Shown one piece after another: positions 39,148-49,509 of a stretch of DNA of 64,000 nt. The DNA is from Microbacterium sp. NPDC077663 (GTDB lineage Bacteria > Actinomycetota > Actinomycetes > Actinomycetales > Microbacteriaceae). Every line of letters starts with the position of its first letter. The stretch's first letter is position 1. The stretch is from contig NZ_JBITVE010000002.1 of the NCBI RefSeq assembly GCF_044542795.1, positions 250,058 to 314,057 of the forward strand. The letters run 5' to 3'. The position numbers and the translations under genes were made by a program. The notes below the pieces were generated by a model, which saw nothing but the letters and a program-made list of their open reading frames with translations, had not been told where the DNA came from and ran no database searches.

Positions 39148-40035
39148 TCAGCGGCGCCAGCGCTCGAACGTCGGCCGCAGCCGCTCGACGGCGCCGAGGA
39201 CGAACTGCGGATGCCGGCGGTACCACTCGAGATGCGCCTCGCGGACCTCGGCGGGGTCGACCGAGCGCCCGTCGACCGACCAGGAAGGGTCGGGGTCGTC
39301 GTCCAGCCCCCACGCATCGATCACCCAGTCCTCCCGCGGCGCATGGACCGAGTTCAGGAGCGGTCGCCCCGGATCGATCGGCTCGCCGTCGCGCCCCAGC
39401 GCGCGGAGCACCCGGGCGCCGATGGCGAGGATCACCTCGTTGCCCGGATGGTTCACGGTGCGTACGAGCTCGAAATGCGGCCGGGCGAACACGTCCGAGA
39501 CGCCGACGTCGAGCGGCTCCTCCCGGCGCCGCAGTTCCGCGAGCGACGCGGCGGCCTCCGCCTGCACCGCGTCGCGGTCCAGCCGTGTGCGTACTGGGGC
39601 ACCGGCGGCCTCGGCGAGCGTGCGGACGTCGTGGTAGGCGACGATCGGCGGCGTCTCCTCGACCCCGGGCACGTGAAGGGCCGCCTGGAACGGGTACAGG
39701 CCGGCGTAGCGGACGACGGGGAAGGTGACCGTCCGACCCGAGGGGGGAAGGGATGCCGCGAGCTGGCGCGTCCCGAGCGGGAGGTCGTGGTAGTCGTCCT
39801 TCACCGGCTGAGCGATGAGAATCGAGGCGCCGGAGACGAGTTCGTGCAGGCGGGCGGCGCCGGCGGCATCCAATTCGAACACCGGCGGGACGCGCACGAG
39901 CCTCAGCTCGTCGGAATTGAGGACGAGCCGCACCGACTCGGCCTGGCAGTTGCCGACCACGACGCCGTACTCGCCGTTCGGCGGCGCAGCCCAGGAGCCC
40001 GCCTCGTGGCCTTCATGCGATGGTGTCGTCGTCAT
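39148..40035 (-). CDS. hypothetical protein (tentatively WcbI-like polysaccharide-biosynthesis family)
   Basis: Only the C-terminal 296 aa of the 620 aa ORF, from MTTTPSHEG, fits here because the rest overlaps purU. Family assignment is from memory of a VVVGNCQAES-type N-terminus and is tentative. Confidence 0.5.
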   Translation of the reverse strand: MTTTPSHEGHEAGSWAAPPNGEYGVVVGNCQAESVRLVLNSDELRLVRVPPVFELDAAGAARLHELVSGASILIAQPVKDDYHDLPLGTRQLAASLPPSGRTVTFPVVRYAGLYPFQAALHVPGVEETPPIVAYHDVRTLAEAAGAPVRTRLDRDAVQAEAAASLAELRRREEPLDVGVSDVFARPHFELVRTVNHPGNEVILAIGARVLRALGRDGEPIDPGRPLLNSVHAPREDWVIDAWGLDDDPDPSWSVDGRSVDPAEVREAHLEWYRRHPQFVLGAVERLRPTFERWRR

Positions 40036-40146
40036 CGGACGAGCGTGGCACCTCGAGCCCGCCATGGCCACGGGGTTGCGGCGACGGCGGACGGACCGCG
40101 CGTCTCGCGGTCGGCGGCATCCGCCGTCACAGGGCAGAATCGAGGG

Positions 40147-41025
<879 letters not shown>

Positions 41026-41032
41026 CGCGCGC

Positions 41033-41100
41033 GGCCGCGTTCCGGGGACGCGAGTCGTCGCCTGCGCGGGGCGGGTGCGACACGTCGGTTCCCCGGAACA
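41033..41100. repeat. GC-rich hairpin repeat element, family 2, copy 2
   Basis: ccgcGTTCCGGGGACgcgaGTCGTCGCctgcgcggggcgggtGCGACacgtcgGTTCCCCGGAACaccGGGcg is collinear with 29198-29260. It has a GTTCCGGGGAC / GTTCCCCGGAAC inverted repeat and lies between convergent purU and an SDR gene. Confidence 0.4.
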
Positions 41101-41107
41101 CCGGGCG

Positions 41108-41887
41108 TCACAGCATCCCGGTCAGCACCCCACCGTCCGCCCGGAGCGCCGCGCCGTTGATCGCCGACGCACGAGGGCTCGCCAGGAACGCGACGAGCGC
41201 TGCGATCTCGTCCGGTCGGATGAATCGCTGCAGCAGCGTGGTCGTGTTCTGACCGATGACGGATGCCGCGACAGCATCCGCCGGCACGCCTTGGGCCGCC
41301 GCGATCGACCCGACGACCGATGCGACGCCGTCCGAGTAGGTCGGGCCGCCGAGCACGGTGTTGACGGTGACCTCCGTGCCGCGCGTGAGCTTCGCGAGGC
41401 CGTTGCCGAGCGCGATCGTCGCGGCCTTCGAGACGCCGTACGGGATCATGTCGGCCGGGACGTTCACCCCCGACTCGCTCGCGATGAACAGGATGCGGCC
41501 CCACCCCCGCTCCCGCATGCCGGGCAGGACGCGGCGTGACAGCCGGGCTCCCGCCAAGAGGTTCACGTCCAGGTATCGCTGCCACTCGGCGTCATCCGTG
41601 TCGGCGAAGTCGCTCAACCCGAACGCGCCGGCGTTGTTGACGAGGATGTCGATCTCCGGGAGATCCGGGAGCGCGGTCGGGTCGGTGACATCGCCGGGGG
41701 CGACCTCGATGTCGGCCCCGGGGACGAGCGTGCGCAGTCGGTCGGCTGCGGCACGGGTCCGGTCGGTATGCCGTCCGTTGAGGATCACGGTCGCCCGTTC
41801 GGCCGCGAGGGCCTCGGCGATCGCGAACCCGATGCCCTGAGTCGAGCCGGTGACGAACGCGCGCTTGTCGCGCAGCTGAAGATCCAT
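41108..41887 (-). CDS. SDR family oxidoreductase
   Basis: 259 aa with TGSTQGIG Rossmann motif and YGVSKAA active site. Confidence 0.8.
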   Translation of the reverse strand: MDLQLRDKRAFVTGSTQGIGFAIAEALAAERATVILNGRHTDRTRAAADRLRTLVPGADIEVAPGDVTDPTALPDLPEIDILVNNAGAFGLSDFADTDDAEWQRYLDVNLLAGARLSRRVLPGMRERGWGRILFIASESGVNVPADMIPYGVSKAATIALGNGLAKLTRGTEVTVNTVLGGPTYSDGVASVVGSIAAAQGVPADAVAASVIGQNTTTLLQRFIRPDEIAALVAFLASPRASAINGAALRADGGVLTGML

Positions 41888-41898
41888 GGGTGCCCTTC

Positions 41899-41946
41899 AC
41901 TTGACTGAGCAAGTGACGGTATCCCGAATGACTTGACTGAGCAAGT
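41899..41946. promoter_or_regulatory. duplicated 16 bp operator-like site ACTTGACTGAGCAAGT (x2) in the SDR/MarR divergent region
   Basis: Identical 16-mers at 41899-41914 and 41931-41946, each with inverted ends ACTTG/CAAGT, 32 bp centre to centre, directly upstream of the marR-like gene. Confidence 0.5.
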
Positions 41947-41965
41947 CATCACCTAGGATCGGAGA

Positions 41966-42448
41966 GTGCCCGAGCCCGACGACTTCTTCCCCGACGACCT
42001 CGAGACCTGGTCGAAACTGGCGACGCTGCTCGAGTGGCTTCCGGCGGCGCTCGACGCCCAGTTGCAGCGGGATGCCGGGCTCACCCACTTCGAGTACGGC
42101 ATCCTCTACGCGCTCTCCCGCGCCGACGACGGCCGCCTGCGGATGAGCACCCTCGCCGGGTACGCGCACAGCTCGCTGTCGCGCCTGTCACGCGCGGCGA
42201 CCCGCCTGGAATCTCGCGGCTACCTGCGCCGTGAGACCGACCCCGCGGACGGTCGCTACACCCTCGCGATCCTCACCGGGGCCGGGGCCGAAGCCCGCCG
42301 TGCGGCGGGCCCCGGCCATGTCGACCTGGTGCGCAGGGTCGTGCTCGACCGGCTCACGCCCGCGCAGCAGAAGCAGCTCGGAGCGATCACCGTCCGCATC
42401 CTGACGGGCCTCGGCGACGAGCCGGGCTGGAGACCCGCCAAGGCCTGA
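41966..42448 (+). CDS. MarR family transcriptional regulator
   Basis: 160 aa with a winged-HTH region (SRLSRAATRLESRGYLRRETDPADGR); GTG start. Confidence 0.8.
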   Translation: MPEPDDFFPDDLETWSKLATLLEWLPAALDAQLQRDAGLTHFEYGILYALSRADDGRLRMSTLAGYAHSSLSRLSRAATRLESRGYLRRETDPADGRYTLAILTGAGAEARRAAGPGHVDLVRRVVLDRLTPAQQKQLGAITVRILTGLGDEPGWRPAKA

Positions 42449-42458
42449 TCGGCCGGAC

Positions 42459-43262
42459 TTAGGCGACCGGCTGCTGCAGGTCCACGATCCACCGTGCGCC
42501 CGGACCGTCGTAGGGAGTCTGCTCGTAGATCTCCCGCGAAGGGCCGTCAGGCCGCAGACCTCGACGCTCGATCTCGCCCACGAGCCCCTGCCAGGCTGAC
42601 TGGATCCCGGAGAGGTCCGGTGCTTGGAGCCGCGTCGAGACGGCCCGCGGATGCGGCGGCACCACCGCTGCCTCGAGCCCGTCAGGCACCGGCGCGTCGC
42701 CGATCTGCTCGGCGGCCGCAGCGATCATGCCGTCGTCGATCGTGGTGTAGACAGCCACCCCCGGACCGACGTGCGACGCTCCCGCGGCGGCGATCAACTC
42801 GCCGACCCGCTGGAACATGCCGCCGATCTCCTGCTCGATCTGCGCCATCTCATCGACCTTTGTCGACAGCTGGACGACGCGGAGCTCGGCCAGTGGACCT
42901 TCGGTGTATTCGGACATGGGATTCTCCTTCTCGATCGATCGGAGCCTCGCCTCGACCTCGCGCAGCCGCTGCAGGTCCGCATCGATCTGAGCCGCGAGAG
43001 CCTCTCGCCGCGTCCGCAGAAGATCGGCCACCTCGCCCGACGACATCCCGTCGTCGAGCATGCGGCCGACCTGCTCCAGCGTGAAGCCGAGGTCCTTCAG
43101 TGCGACCAGTCGATTGGCGCGGTCCAGCTGCGACGCGGCGTACGAGCGGTACCCCGAGAAGGGGTCGACCCGCTGCGGGCGCAGCAGACCGAGCTGGTCG
43201 TAGTGACGCAGCATCCGCACCGACACACCGGCGAAGCGGGCGAACTCTCCGATACTCAACAT
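42459..43262 (-). CDS. MerR family transcriptional regulator with C-terminal GyrI-like effector-binding domain
   Basis: N-terminal MerR HTH (MLSIGEFARFAGVSVRMLRHYDQLGLL) and a coiled-coil, then a roughly 120 aa GyrI-like-looking C-terminal half. Confidence 0.75.
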   Translation of the reverse strand: MLSIGEFARFAGVSVRMLRHYDQLGLLRPQRVDPFSGYRSYAASQLDRANRLVALKDLGFTLEQVGRMLDDGMSSGEVADLLRTRREALAAQIDADLQRLREVEARLRSIEKENPMSEYTEGPLAELRVVQLSTKVDEMAQIEQEIGGMFQRVGELIAAAGASHVGPGVAVYTTIDDGMIAAAAEQIGDAPVPDGLEAAVVPPHPRAVSTRLQAPDLSGIQSAWQGLVGEIERRGLRPDGPSREIYEQTPYDGPGARWIVDLQQPVA

Positions 43263-43281
43263 GGTGATCCCAGACGACAGT

Positions 43282-43302
43282 CTGACACCGTGTCAGGGTC
43301 AA
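43282..43302 (-). promoter_or_regulatory. MerR-type promoter: TTGACC followed by the inverted repeat CTGACAC-N-GTGTCAG
   Basis: The minus strand reads TTGACCctgacacggtgtcagactgTCGTCT about 20 nt upstream of the merR start, the same architecture as 36519-36547. It overlaps the 3' end of the LigT gene. Confidence 0.4.
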
Positions 43303-43829
43303 GCCCCGGTCGCGAACTCCCCGAGCTCGGTGACGGTGGCGGATGCCGCATCCCACCGCCGGAGCCCGCGGGCGGTACCAACGATCGGCTCGCCCAGGAG
43401 GGGCAGCGCGCGCTCGAGGTCCGAGACCTTGAGCCGCCGCGCGAGGGTGACGTGCGGCATCCATTCCCCCGGCGCGGTGTGCGGAGCGTCGTCACCGGGG
43501 CCGGCGACCTCGTGCACAGCGGCGTGCAGCGCGAGCAACTCCGCCGACGGCACCACCGACCGCGCGAGCACCCGTCGCTCCCCCGCCCCGAACAGCACCA
43601 CGGCGCCGAGCGTCACGGCGAACGCCGCGGGCAGCGGAACCGATGCCAGCGTCACAGCCTCACGCACGAGCAGCGTCACGTGCGGCGCGTTCGACGGCGA
43701 CGTGTGCGCGGCGAGGCTCGACAGGCCGGCGTCGGCGAGCGCCTGCCACTCCGCGCGCACGGCGCGCTCGGTCGCGGCATCGAATACGAGCTCGATGCTG
43801 ACGACCGGCGCGCCGCGCACCACGGTCAC
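43299..43829 (-). CDS. 2'-5' RNA ligase / 2H phosphoesterase superfamily protein (LigT-like)
   Basis: Two H-x-T-x motifs (HVTLL, HVTLA). No in-frame ATG; GTG start at 43829 overlaps the pepO stop (GTGA). Confidence 0.65.
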   Translation of the reverse strand: MTVVRGAPVVSIELVFDAATERAVRAEWQALADAGLSSLAAHTSPSNAPHVTLLVREAVTLASVPLPAAFAVTLGAVVLFGAGERRVLARSVVPSAELLALHAAVHEVAGPGDDAPHTAPGEWMPHVTLARRLKVSDLERALPLLGEPIVGTARGLRRWDAASATVTELGEFATGA

Positions 43830-45808
43830 CAGATCGTGACGCGCTTGTCCTCGTCGAGCCACAGCTCGTCCGACGGGGTGACGTCGAACGCGGCGTAGAA
43901 CTCGTCGATGTTGCGGACGATCTGGTTGCAGCGGAACTCGTTGGGCGAGTGCGGGTCGATCGTCAGCAGGCGGATCGTCTCGGCATCCCGCCCCTTCTGC
44001 TGCCAGATCTGACCCCAGCTCAGCAGCAGACGCTGGATGCCGGTGAGCCCGTCGATGACGGGACCGTCGGCGTCCGTGGAGCCCGACGCCTTGAGGTGCA
44101 GCCGGTACGCCTTGATCGCGATGCCGAGGCCGCCCAGGTCGCCGATGTTCTCGCCGATCGTGAGGGCGCCGTTGACCCTGTGACCCTCCGACAGCCCCTG
44201 CGGCACGAGTGCGTTGTACTGCTCGATGAGCGTCGACGTGCGCTCCGTGAAGGCCCCGCGATCCTCGTCGGTCCACCAGTCGTTCAGGGCACCGGTGCCG
44301 TCGAAGGCGCTCCCCTGGTCGTCGAAGCCGTGACCGATCTCGTGACCGATGACCGCGCCGATGCCGCCGTAGTTCGCGGCGGCATCGCGGTCCATGTCGA
44401 AGAACGGGTGCTGCAGGATCGCCGCGGGGAACACGATCTCGTTCATCAGCGGGTTGTAGTAGGCGTTGACCGTCTGCGGGGTCATGAACCACTCGTCGCG
44501 GTCGATCGGAGCGCCGAGCTTCGCGAGCTGCTGATCGTGCTGCCACGCGTTCGAGCGGCGGACGTTGCCGATGAGGTCGGATGCCTCGATCTCGAGGTCC
44601 GAGTAGTCCTTCCACTTCACCGGGTAGCCGACTTTCGGCGTGAACGCCTCGAGCTTCTCGAGGGCGCGCTCGCGCGTGGCGGGCGTCATCCACTCGAGCG
44701 ACGAGATCGACTGCCGATACGCCTCGATGAGGTTGTCGACGAGGACGTCCATCTCCTCCTTCGCGCGCGGCGGGAAGTGACGCTCGACGTAGACCTTGCC
44801 GACCGCCTCGCCGAGGGCGGCCTCGACGAGCGAGACACCGCGCTTCCATCGCTCGCGGTTGACCGGGACGCCGGTCATCTCGGTGCCGTAGAAGGCGAAG
44901 TTCGCGTCGACGAACGCCTGCGACAGGAAGGGCGCCGACGAGCGGATGACCTGCAGGCGCAGCCACGCCTTCCAGTCCTCGAGCCGGTCTTCGACGAGCA
45001 GCGTGCCGAGTCCCTCGAAGAAGCTGGGCTGATTGACGTCGACCTCCTCGATGACGCCCGCCTTGCCGGGGGCGACGGCGTCGCGCCAGGGCGCCAGGTC
45101 GACGCCGGTGAGCTGCACCGCGGCATCCCAGCTCATCAGGTTGTAGGTCGCGACGGCGTCGCGGCTGCGGACGTTGTCCCAGTGGTGCGAGGCGATCTCG
45201 GTCTCGAGCGCGAGCACCCGGTCGGCCTGCGCCTCGGCGTCGGCGACCCCGGCGAGGCCGAAGACCGTCGCGACGTACGCGCGGAAGGCTGCCCGGGTCT
45301 TCTCGAAGTTGTCGAGGCGGTAGTAGCTCTCGTCGGGCAGCGACAGACCGCCCTGCACGAGGAACATCACATACCGCTGCGGGTTGCCCGGATCCGGCTC
45401 GATGTACGTGCCGAAGATGCCCGACACGCCCTCGCGTTCGAGCGTCCCGGAGGTCTGCAGCAGGCTCGGGATGCCGGTGACCTGGTCGACGTACGCCAGC
45501 TGCGGCGCGATCGCCTCGGCGCCCTTCGCCTCGATCGCGGCGGTGTCCATGAAGCTCGCGTACAGGTCGCCGATCTTGCGGGTCTCGGTGCCGGGCTCGG
45601 CATCCGTCGACTCCTCGATGATCGTCTTGACGTCCTTCTCGGCCTGCTCGGCGATGAGGTGGAACGACCCCCAGCGCGCCTTGTCCTCGGGGATCTCGGT
45701 GCGCTCCAGCCACGCGCCGTTGACGTGGCGGAACAGGTCGTCCTGCGGCCGGATGTCGGCGCTCAGTTCGTCGAGCTGGATGCCGGAGGGAAGCGTGTTC
45801 TCGGTCAT
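43826..45808 (-). CDS. pepO: M13 family metalloendopeptidase (neprilysin/PepO-like)
   Basis: 660 aa with the zinc motif HEIGHGFD and a downstream ENIGD (ExxxD) motif. Confidence 0.85.
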   Translation of the reverse strand: MTENTLPSGIQLDELSADIRPQDDLFRHVNGAWLERTEIPEDKARWGSFHLIAEQAEKDVKTIIEESTDAEPGTETRKIGDLYASFMDTAAIEAKGAEAIAPQLAYVDQVTGIPSLLQTSGTLEREGVSGIFGTYIEPDPGNPQRYVMFLVQGGLSLPDESYYRLDNFEKTRAAFRAYVATVFGLAGVADAEAQADRVLALETEIASHHWDNVRSRDAVATYNLMSWDAAVQLTGVDLAPWRDAVAPGKAGVIEEVDVNQPSFFEGLGTLLVEDRLEDWKAWLRLQVIRSSAPFLSQAFVDANFAFYGTEMTGVPVNRERWKRGVSLVEAALGEAVGKVYVERHFPPRAKEEMDVLVDNLIEAYRQSISSLEWMTPATRERALEKLEAFTPKVGYPVKWKDYSDLEIEASDLIGNVRRSNAWQHDQQLAKLGAPIDRDEWFMTPQTVNAYYNPLMNEIVFPAAILQHPFFDMDRDAAANYGGIGAVIGHEIGHGFDDQGSAFDGTGALNDWWTDEDRGAFTERTSTLIEQYNALVPQGLSEGHRVNGALTIGENIGDLGGLGIAIKAYRLHLKASGSTDADGPVIDGLTGIQRLLLSWGQIWQQKGRDAETIRLLTIDPHSPNEFRCNQIVRNIDEFYAAFDVTPSDELWLDEDKRVTIW

Positions 45809-45842
45809 GCGTCCACCCTATGGGCGCTCTCCGACCACCGGC

Positions 45843-47633
45843 TCATTCCCGGGTGGTCGAGCATTCCTCGGGTGCGGGCTCACCCGCGAAGCGCGCGGCG
45901 GTCCAGTCGATGAGCTCCTCGAGAAGCGGCGACGGGCGCTCCACCACCGCCGCGTGCTCGTACCCGTCGTAGATCCGGTAGTCGACGACCTGACCGGCCA
46001 TGCACATCCTCTCGACGTACGCGGTCTGCGTCGTGACCGGGATGACACTGTCGGCGCCGCCATGGGCGATGAGCAGCGGGGCGTTCTGACGCAGCGGAGC
46101 CGCGTTGGCCCGCAAATGGATGCCGAGGGGTCCGGTGGCCGGCGGCGTCGAGAACAGGCGCGGGTCGCCGCTCATCCCGAGCGCCGCCGCGACCGACACG
46201 ACGATCGCCGGGTCGGACAGGCACCGCTCGGACATCTGTCGCAGCACGGTGTCGGCACCGGGCCGGACGTAGTCGTCGTACGAGACGTCGTCGTAGATCG
46301 ACGAGAACGAGGCGAAGGCGTACGACGCGAAGATGCTGCCTCCGGTCACGCTCGAGATGTTCTGCACGAGCGCGGGCGGGTCACTGGCCGGCGCGAGCGC
46401 GGCGACCCCCTGGACGTACAGCTCGGGCGCGTACTCGCGCGCCATCGCGCCGGCCCACAGCGCGGCGCCGCCGCCCTGCGAGTGCCCCCAGATGACCGTG
46501 CGGGTGCCGAGGTCGGCATCCTGCAGCTCCCGCGCGGCGCGCACCGCGTCGAGCGACGCCGTCGCGCTCGGCGGGCCGATGAGGTACGGATGCGGGCCCT
46601 CGGTGCCCAGGCCGATGTAGTCCGTCGCCACGACCGCCCACCCCTGCCGGATGATCGTCGGCAGGTTGTAGAGCGCCCCCGACCAGAGTCCGCGCGGCTG
46701 CAGCGAGGGTGCGCAGTGCTCGGAGTACCCCGTCGTGCCGTGGTTCCAGTCGATGATCGGCCACTGGCCGTCACCCTCCTTCGGCACGACGACGACGCCG
46801 CTCGCGACGCGCACCTCGCCATCGACACCCGTCGTCGTGTAGAGGATGCGCCACGCCGTCGCCGACACCGGGATGCCGTTCGTGAACGGCTCGGCGCGGA
46901 TGAGGCGCCCGGGCTCCCCCGGCATGTCTCGAGGCGCGGCGTAGAAGTCGTCGACGACGGTGGACCCCTCACGGAGTGGCACGGTCACGAGCGCGGTGCT
47001 CACGGCGAGGGCGACCGAGACGAGCGCGGTGACCGTCCGGCCCCATCGGCGCAGGCGCTGCGGCTGGTGGCGGCGCTCCCGCTCGGTGTCGCGGCGGCGG
47101 CGCACGCGCGTCCACAGGTCGGTGACACCGCTCATGATGAGCCGCGCCCCGAAGACGACCGCGACGACGAGCAGGGTGATGTCGGGCCAGAACAACGCCA
47201 GCACACCGAAGATCACGCCCGAGACCGAGAAAGCGGCATCCGCGATGCGCGCATCGACCGTGCGGCCCTTCGCGAAGACGGCGACGACCCCGAGCGCCCC
47301 CGCGACCAGCAGCAGGACGCCGACGAGGGTCGCCACGACGCGCACCGTCAGTCCGGGCGTCAGCAGGACGACGAGACCGCCGACGAGCCACGCGCCACCG
47401 GTCAGCACGCGCCAGCGCGGCCGGGGGCCCTCCGCGTCGCGACCCGTGAGCTCGGTGACCCCGGTCAGCACCATGCCGCCGCCGATCAGCCACGCGAGCA
47501 CACCCAGCGCGGTCGTCGGCCGGATGACGATGACCACGCCGAGCACCACGGCCGCCGCTGCGACCACCAGGCGCACCCATTCGGGCAGGCGCAGGTAGAA
47601 GCGTCCGAGCGCGAGGCGCTGCCGCAGCCGCAT
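45843..47633 (-). CDS. secretory lipase family alpha/beta hydrolase with N-terminal multi-TM (HdeD/DUF308-like) domain
   Basis: Start at the internal ATG (MRLRQRLALGRF...) after GGAGGAGGG. Five hydrophobic helices, then a lipase domain with GHSQGG. Confidence 0.7.
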   Translation of the reverse strand: MRLRQRLALGRFYLRLPEWVRLVVAAAAVVLGVVIVIRPTTALGVLAWLIGGGMVLTGVTELTGRDAEGPRPRWRVLTGGAWLVGGLVVLLTPGLTVRVVATLVGVLLLVAGALGVVAVFAKGRTVDARIADAAFSVSGVIFGVLALFWPDITLLVVAVVFGARLIMSGVTDLWTRVRRRRDTERERRHQPQRLRRWGRTVTALVSVALAVSTALVTVPLREGSTVVDDFYAAPRDMPGEPGRLIRAEPFTNGIPVSATAWRILYTTTGVDGEVRVASGVVVVPKEGDGQWPIIDWNHGTTGYSEHCAPSLQPRGLWSGALYNLPTIIRQGWAVVATDYIGLGTEGPHPYLIGPPSATASLDAVRAARELQDADLGTRTVIWGHSQGGGAALWAGAMAREYAPELYVQGVAALAPASDPPALVQNISSVTGGSIFASYAFASFSSIYDDVSYDDYVRPGADTVLRQMSERCLSDPAIVVSVAAALGMSGDPRLFSTPPATGPLGIHLRANAAPLRQNAPLLIAHGGADSVIPVTTQTAYVERMCMAGQVVDYRIYDGYEHAAVVERPSPLLEELIDWTAARFAGEPAPEECSTTRE

Positions 47634-47727
47634 CCGGTCCCTCCTCCGTGCATCGGCGTGGATCTTCCACGTTAACCGCGGGTGCGGGATAGAGCCGGGT
47701 GCTCGACAGCGGCCGCATCCGCATGAG

Positions 47728-48744
47728 ATGGCGCCCGCTACAGTGAGCGCCATGGGACGGGCCGGGACGATGCGCGCCGGCGTGCGCGACGTCGCCGCGC
47801 GCGCCGGGGTGTCGACGCAGACCGTCTCACGAGTCATCAACGACAGCCCTAACCTGCGACCCGAAACCCGCGCCCGCGTCGAGGCCGCCATGGCCGAGCT
47901 CGGCTACCGCGTCAACAACGCCGCCCGGGCCCTCGGCACCTCGACGACCCGGACCGTCGGGGTCGTCGCCTCCGACGCGACCCTGTGGGGGCCCGGCGCC
48001 GGCATCGCCGCCCTCGACACGGCGGCTCGTGAGGCGGACCGCTGGTTGGCGACGGCTTACGCGGATGCCGCGGACCCGGCATCCGTCACCGATGCCGCCC
48101 AGCGCCTGCTGTCGCAGGGGGTGGATGCGCTCATCGTCGTGGCGGCGCACACCGCGACCCTGCCGGCACTGCGGGAGGTCGCCGGTGACACCCCGCTCGC
48201 CGCGCTGCACACTGGCGCAGGCGCCGAGCGCCAGCGGAGGGGCGCCGCGCTCGCGATCGACCACCTCGTCGGGCTCGGACACCGCCGCATCGCGCTGCTG
48301 GCGGGGCCTGCGGACTGGCTCGAGGCGACGGCCCGCGACGAGGGCGCCGCCGCAGCGGCGGCGACCGCCGGCATCCGTCCCGCGGCGATCTGGCGGGGGG
48401 ACTGGAGCGCGGCAGCAGGCGCGGCCGTCGCACACGAGGTGGCTGCGGCCGTCCGAAGTTCAGACGGCCCGACCGCCGTCGCCGCGGCGAACGACCAGAT
48501 GGCGCTGGGGCTCATCGCGGGTCTCGTCGCCGCAGGGTTGCGCGTGCCCGAGGACGTCTCGGTGACCGGGTTCGACGACAACGCGGATGCCGCCTTCTAC
48601 ACCCCCGCGCTCACGACGGTGCGTGTCGACACGGCGGGCGAGGCGCGTCGCGTCGTCGCCGAGGCGCTCGGGCTGCCGGCGCCGGGCGAGGTCGCCGAGC
48701 CGGTGCTCATCGCACGCGCGTCGACGGGCGCGCCGCGCGGCTGA
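47728..48744 (+). CDS. araR: LacI family transcriptional regulator (arabinose repressor candidate)
   Basis: HTH (VRDVAARAGVSTQTVSRVIN) and a periplasmic-binding-fold core. A likely alternative start is at 47770 (MRAGVRDVAA...). Sits directly upstream of araDBA. Confidence 0.75.
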   Translation: MAPATVSAMGRAGTMRAGVRDVAARAGVSTQTVSRVINDSPNLRPETRARVEAAMAELGYRVNNAARALGTSTTRTVGVVASDATLWGPGAGIAALDTAAREADRWLATAYADAADPASVTDAAQRLLSQGVDALIVVAAHTATLPALREVAGDTPLAALHTGAGAERQRRGAALAIDHLVGLGHRRIALLAGPADWLEATARDEGAAAAAATAGIRPAAIWRGDWSAAAGAAVAHEVAAAVRSSDGPTAVAAANDQMALGLIAGLVAAGLRVPEDVSVTGFDDNADAAFYTPALTTVRVDTAGEARRVVAEALGLPAPGEVAEPVLIARASTGAPRG

Positions 48745-48790
48745 GTCCGGCGGGGTGCGGCGTCTAGCGGCCTACCGTGGCGAAGCCGCG

Positions 48791-48806
48791 ATGTTACCGA
48801 TAACAT
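48791..48806 (+). promoter_or_regulatory. AraR-type operator (ATGTTACCGATAACAT)
   Basis: 16 bp near-palindrome 8 bp upstream of the araD ATG. It resembles, as I recall it, the corynebacterial LacI-type AraR box ATGTTAGCGCTAACAT. Confidence 0.55.
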
Positions 48807-48813
48807 CGACGAC

Positions 48814-49509
48814 ATGACCGATCTCGATGAGGCGATCGCCGACGTCCGCGCGGACGTCGCCGCCCTGCACGCCGAACTCGTCCGCTACGGCCTCGTCATC
48901 TGGACCGGAGGCAACGTCTCGGGCCGCGTTCCCGGCGCGGACCTCTTCGTCATCAAGCCGTCGGGCGTCTCGTACGACGACCTCGCACCCGAGAATATGA
49001 TCCTCTGCGACCTCGACGGCAACGTCGTGCCCGGCAGTCCGGGCAGCGATCGCGCTCCGTCGAGCGACACCGCCGCGCACGCCTACGTCTACCGGAACAT
49101 GCCCGAGGTCGGCGGCGTCGTGCACACCCACTCCCCCTACGCCGTGGCGTGGGCCGCGCGCGGCGAGGAGATCCCCTGCGTCATCACGGGCATGGCCGAC
49201 GAGTTCGGCGGTCCGATCCCCGTCGGACCGTTCGCGATCATCGGCGACGACTCGATCGGCCGGGGCATCGTCGAGACGCTGCGCGGCCACCGCTCCCGCG
49301 CCGTGCTCATGCAGAACCACGGCCCGTTCACGATCGGCGTCAGCGCGAAGGATGCCGTCAAGGCCGCCGTCATGTGCGAGGACGCCGCTCGCACGGTGCA
49401 CTTCGCCCGCCAGGGCGGTGAGCTGATCCCCATCCCGCAGGACAAGATCGACGCCCTCTACAACCGCTACCAGAACGTGTACGGTCAGAGCACGGACGCC
49501 CGCCGATGA
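48814..49509 (+). CDS. araD: L-ribulose-5-phosphate 4-epimerase
   Basis: 231 aa class II aldolase/adducin fold with metal ligands (HTHSPYAV ... NHGPFT). Confidence 0.85.
   Translation: MTDLDEAIADVRADVAALHAELVRYGLVIWTGGNVSGRVPGADLFVIKPSGVSYDDLAPENMILCDLDGNVVPGSPGSDRAPSSDTAAHAYVYRNMPEVGGVVHTHSPYAVAWAARGEEIPCVITGMADEFGGPIPVGPFAIIGDDSIGRGIVETLRGHRSRAVLMQNHGPFTIGVSAKDAVKAAVMCEDAARTVHFARQGGELIPIPQDKIDALYNRYQNVYGQSTDARR

Noticed and set aside
43949-47675. Plus-strand ORFs of 654 aa and 763 aa
   Set aside because: They are antisense to pepO and the lipase gene, Arg/Asp/Gly-rich, and lack domains.
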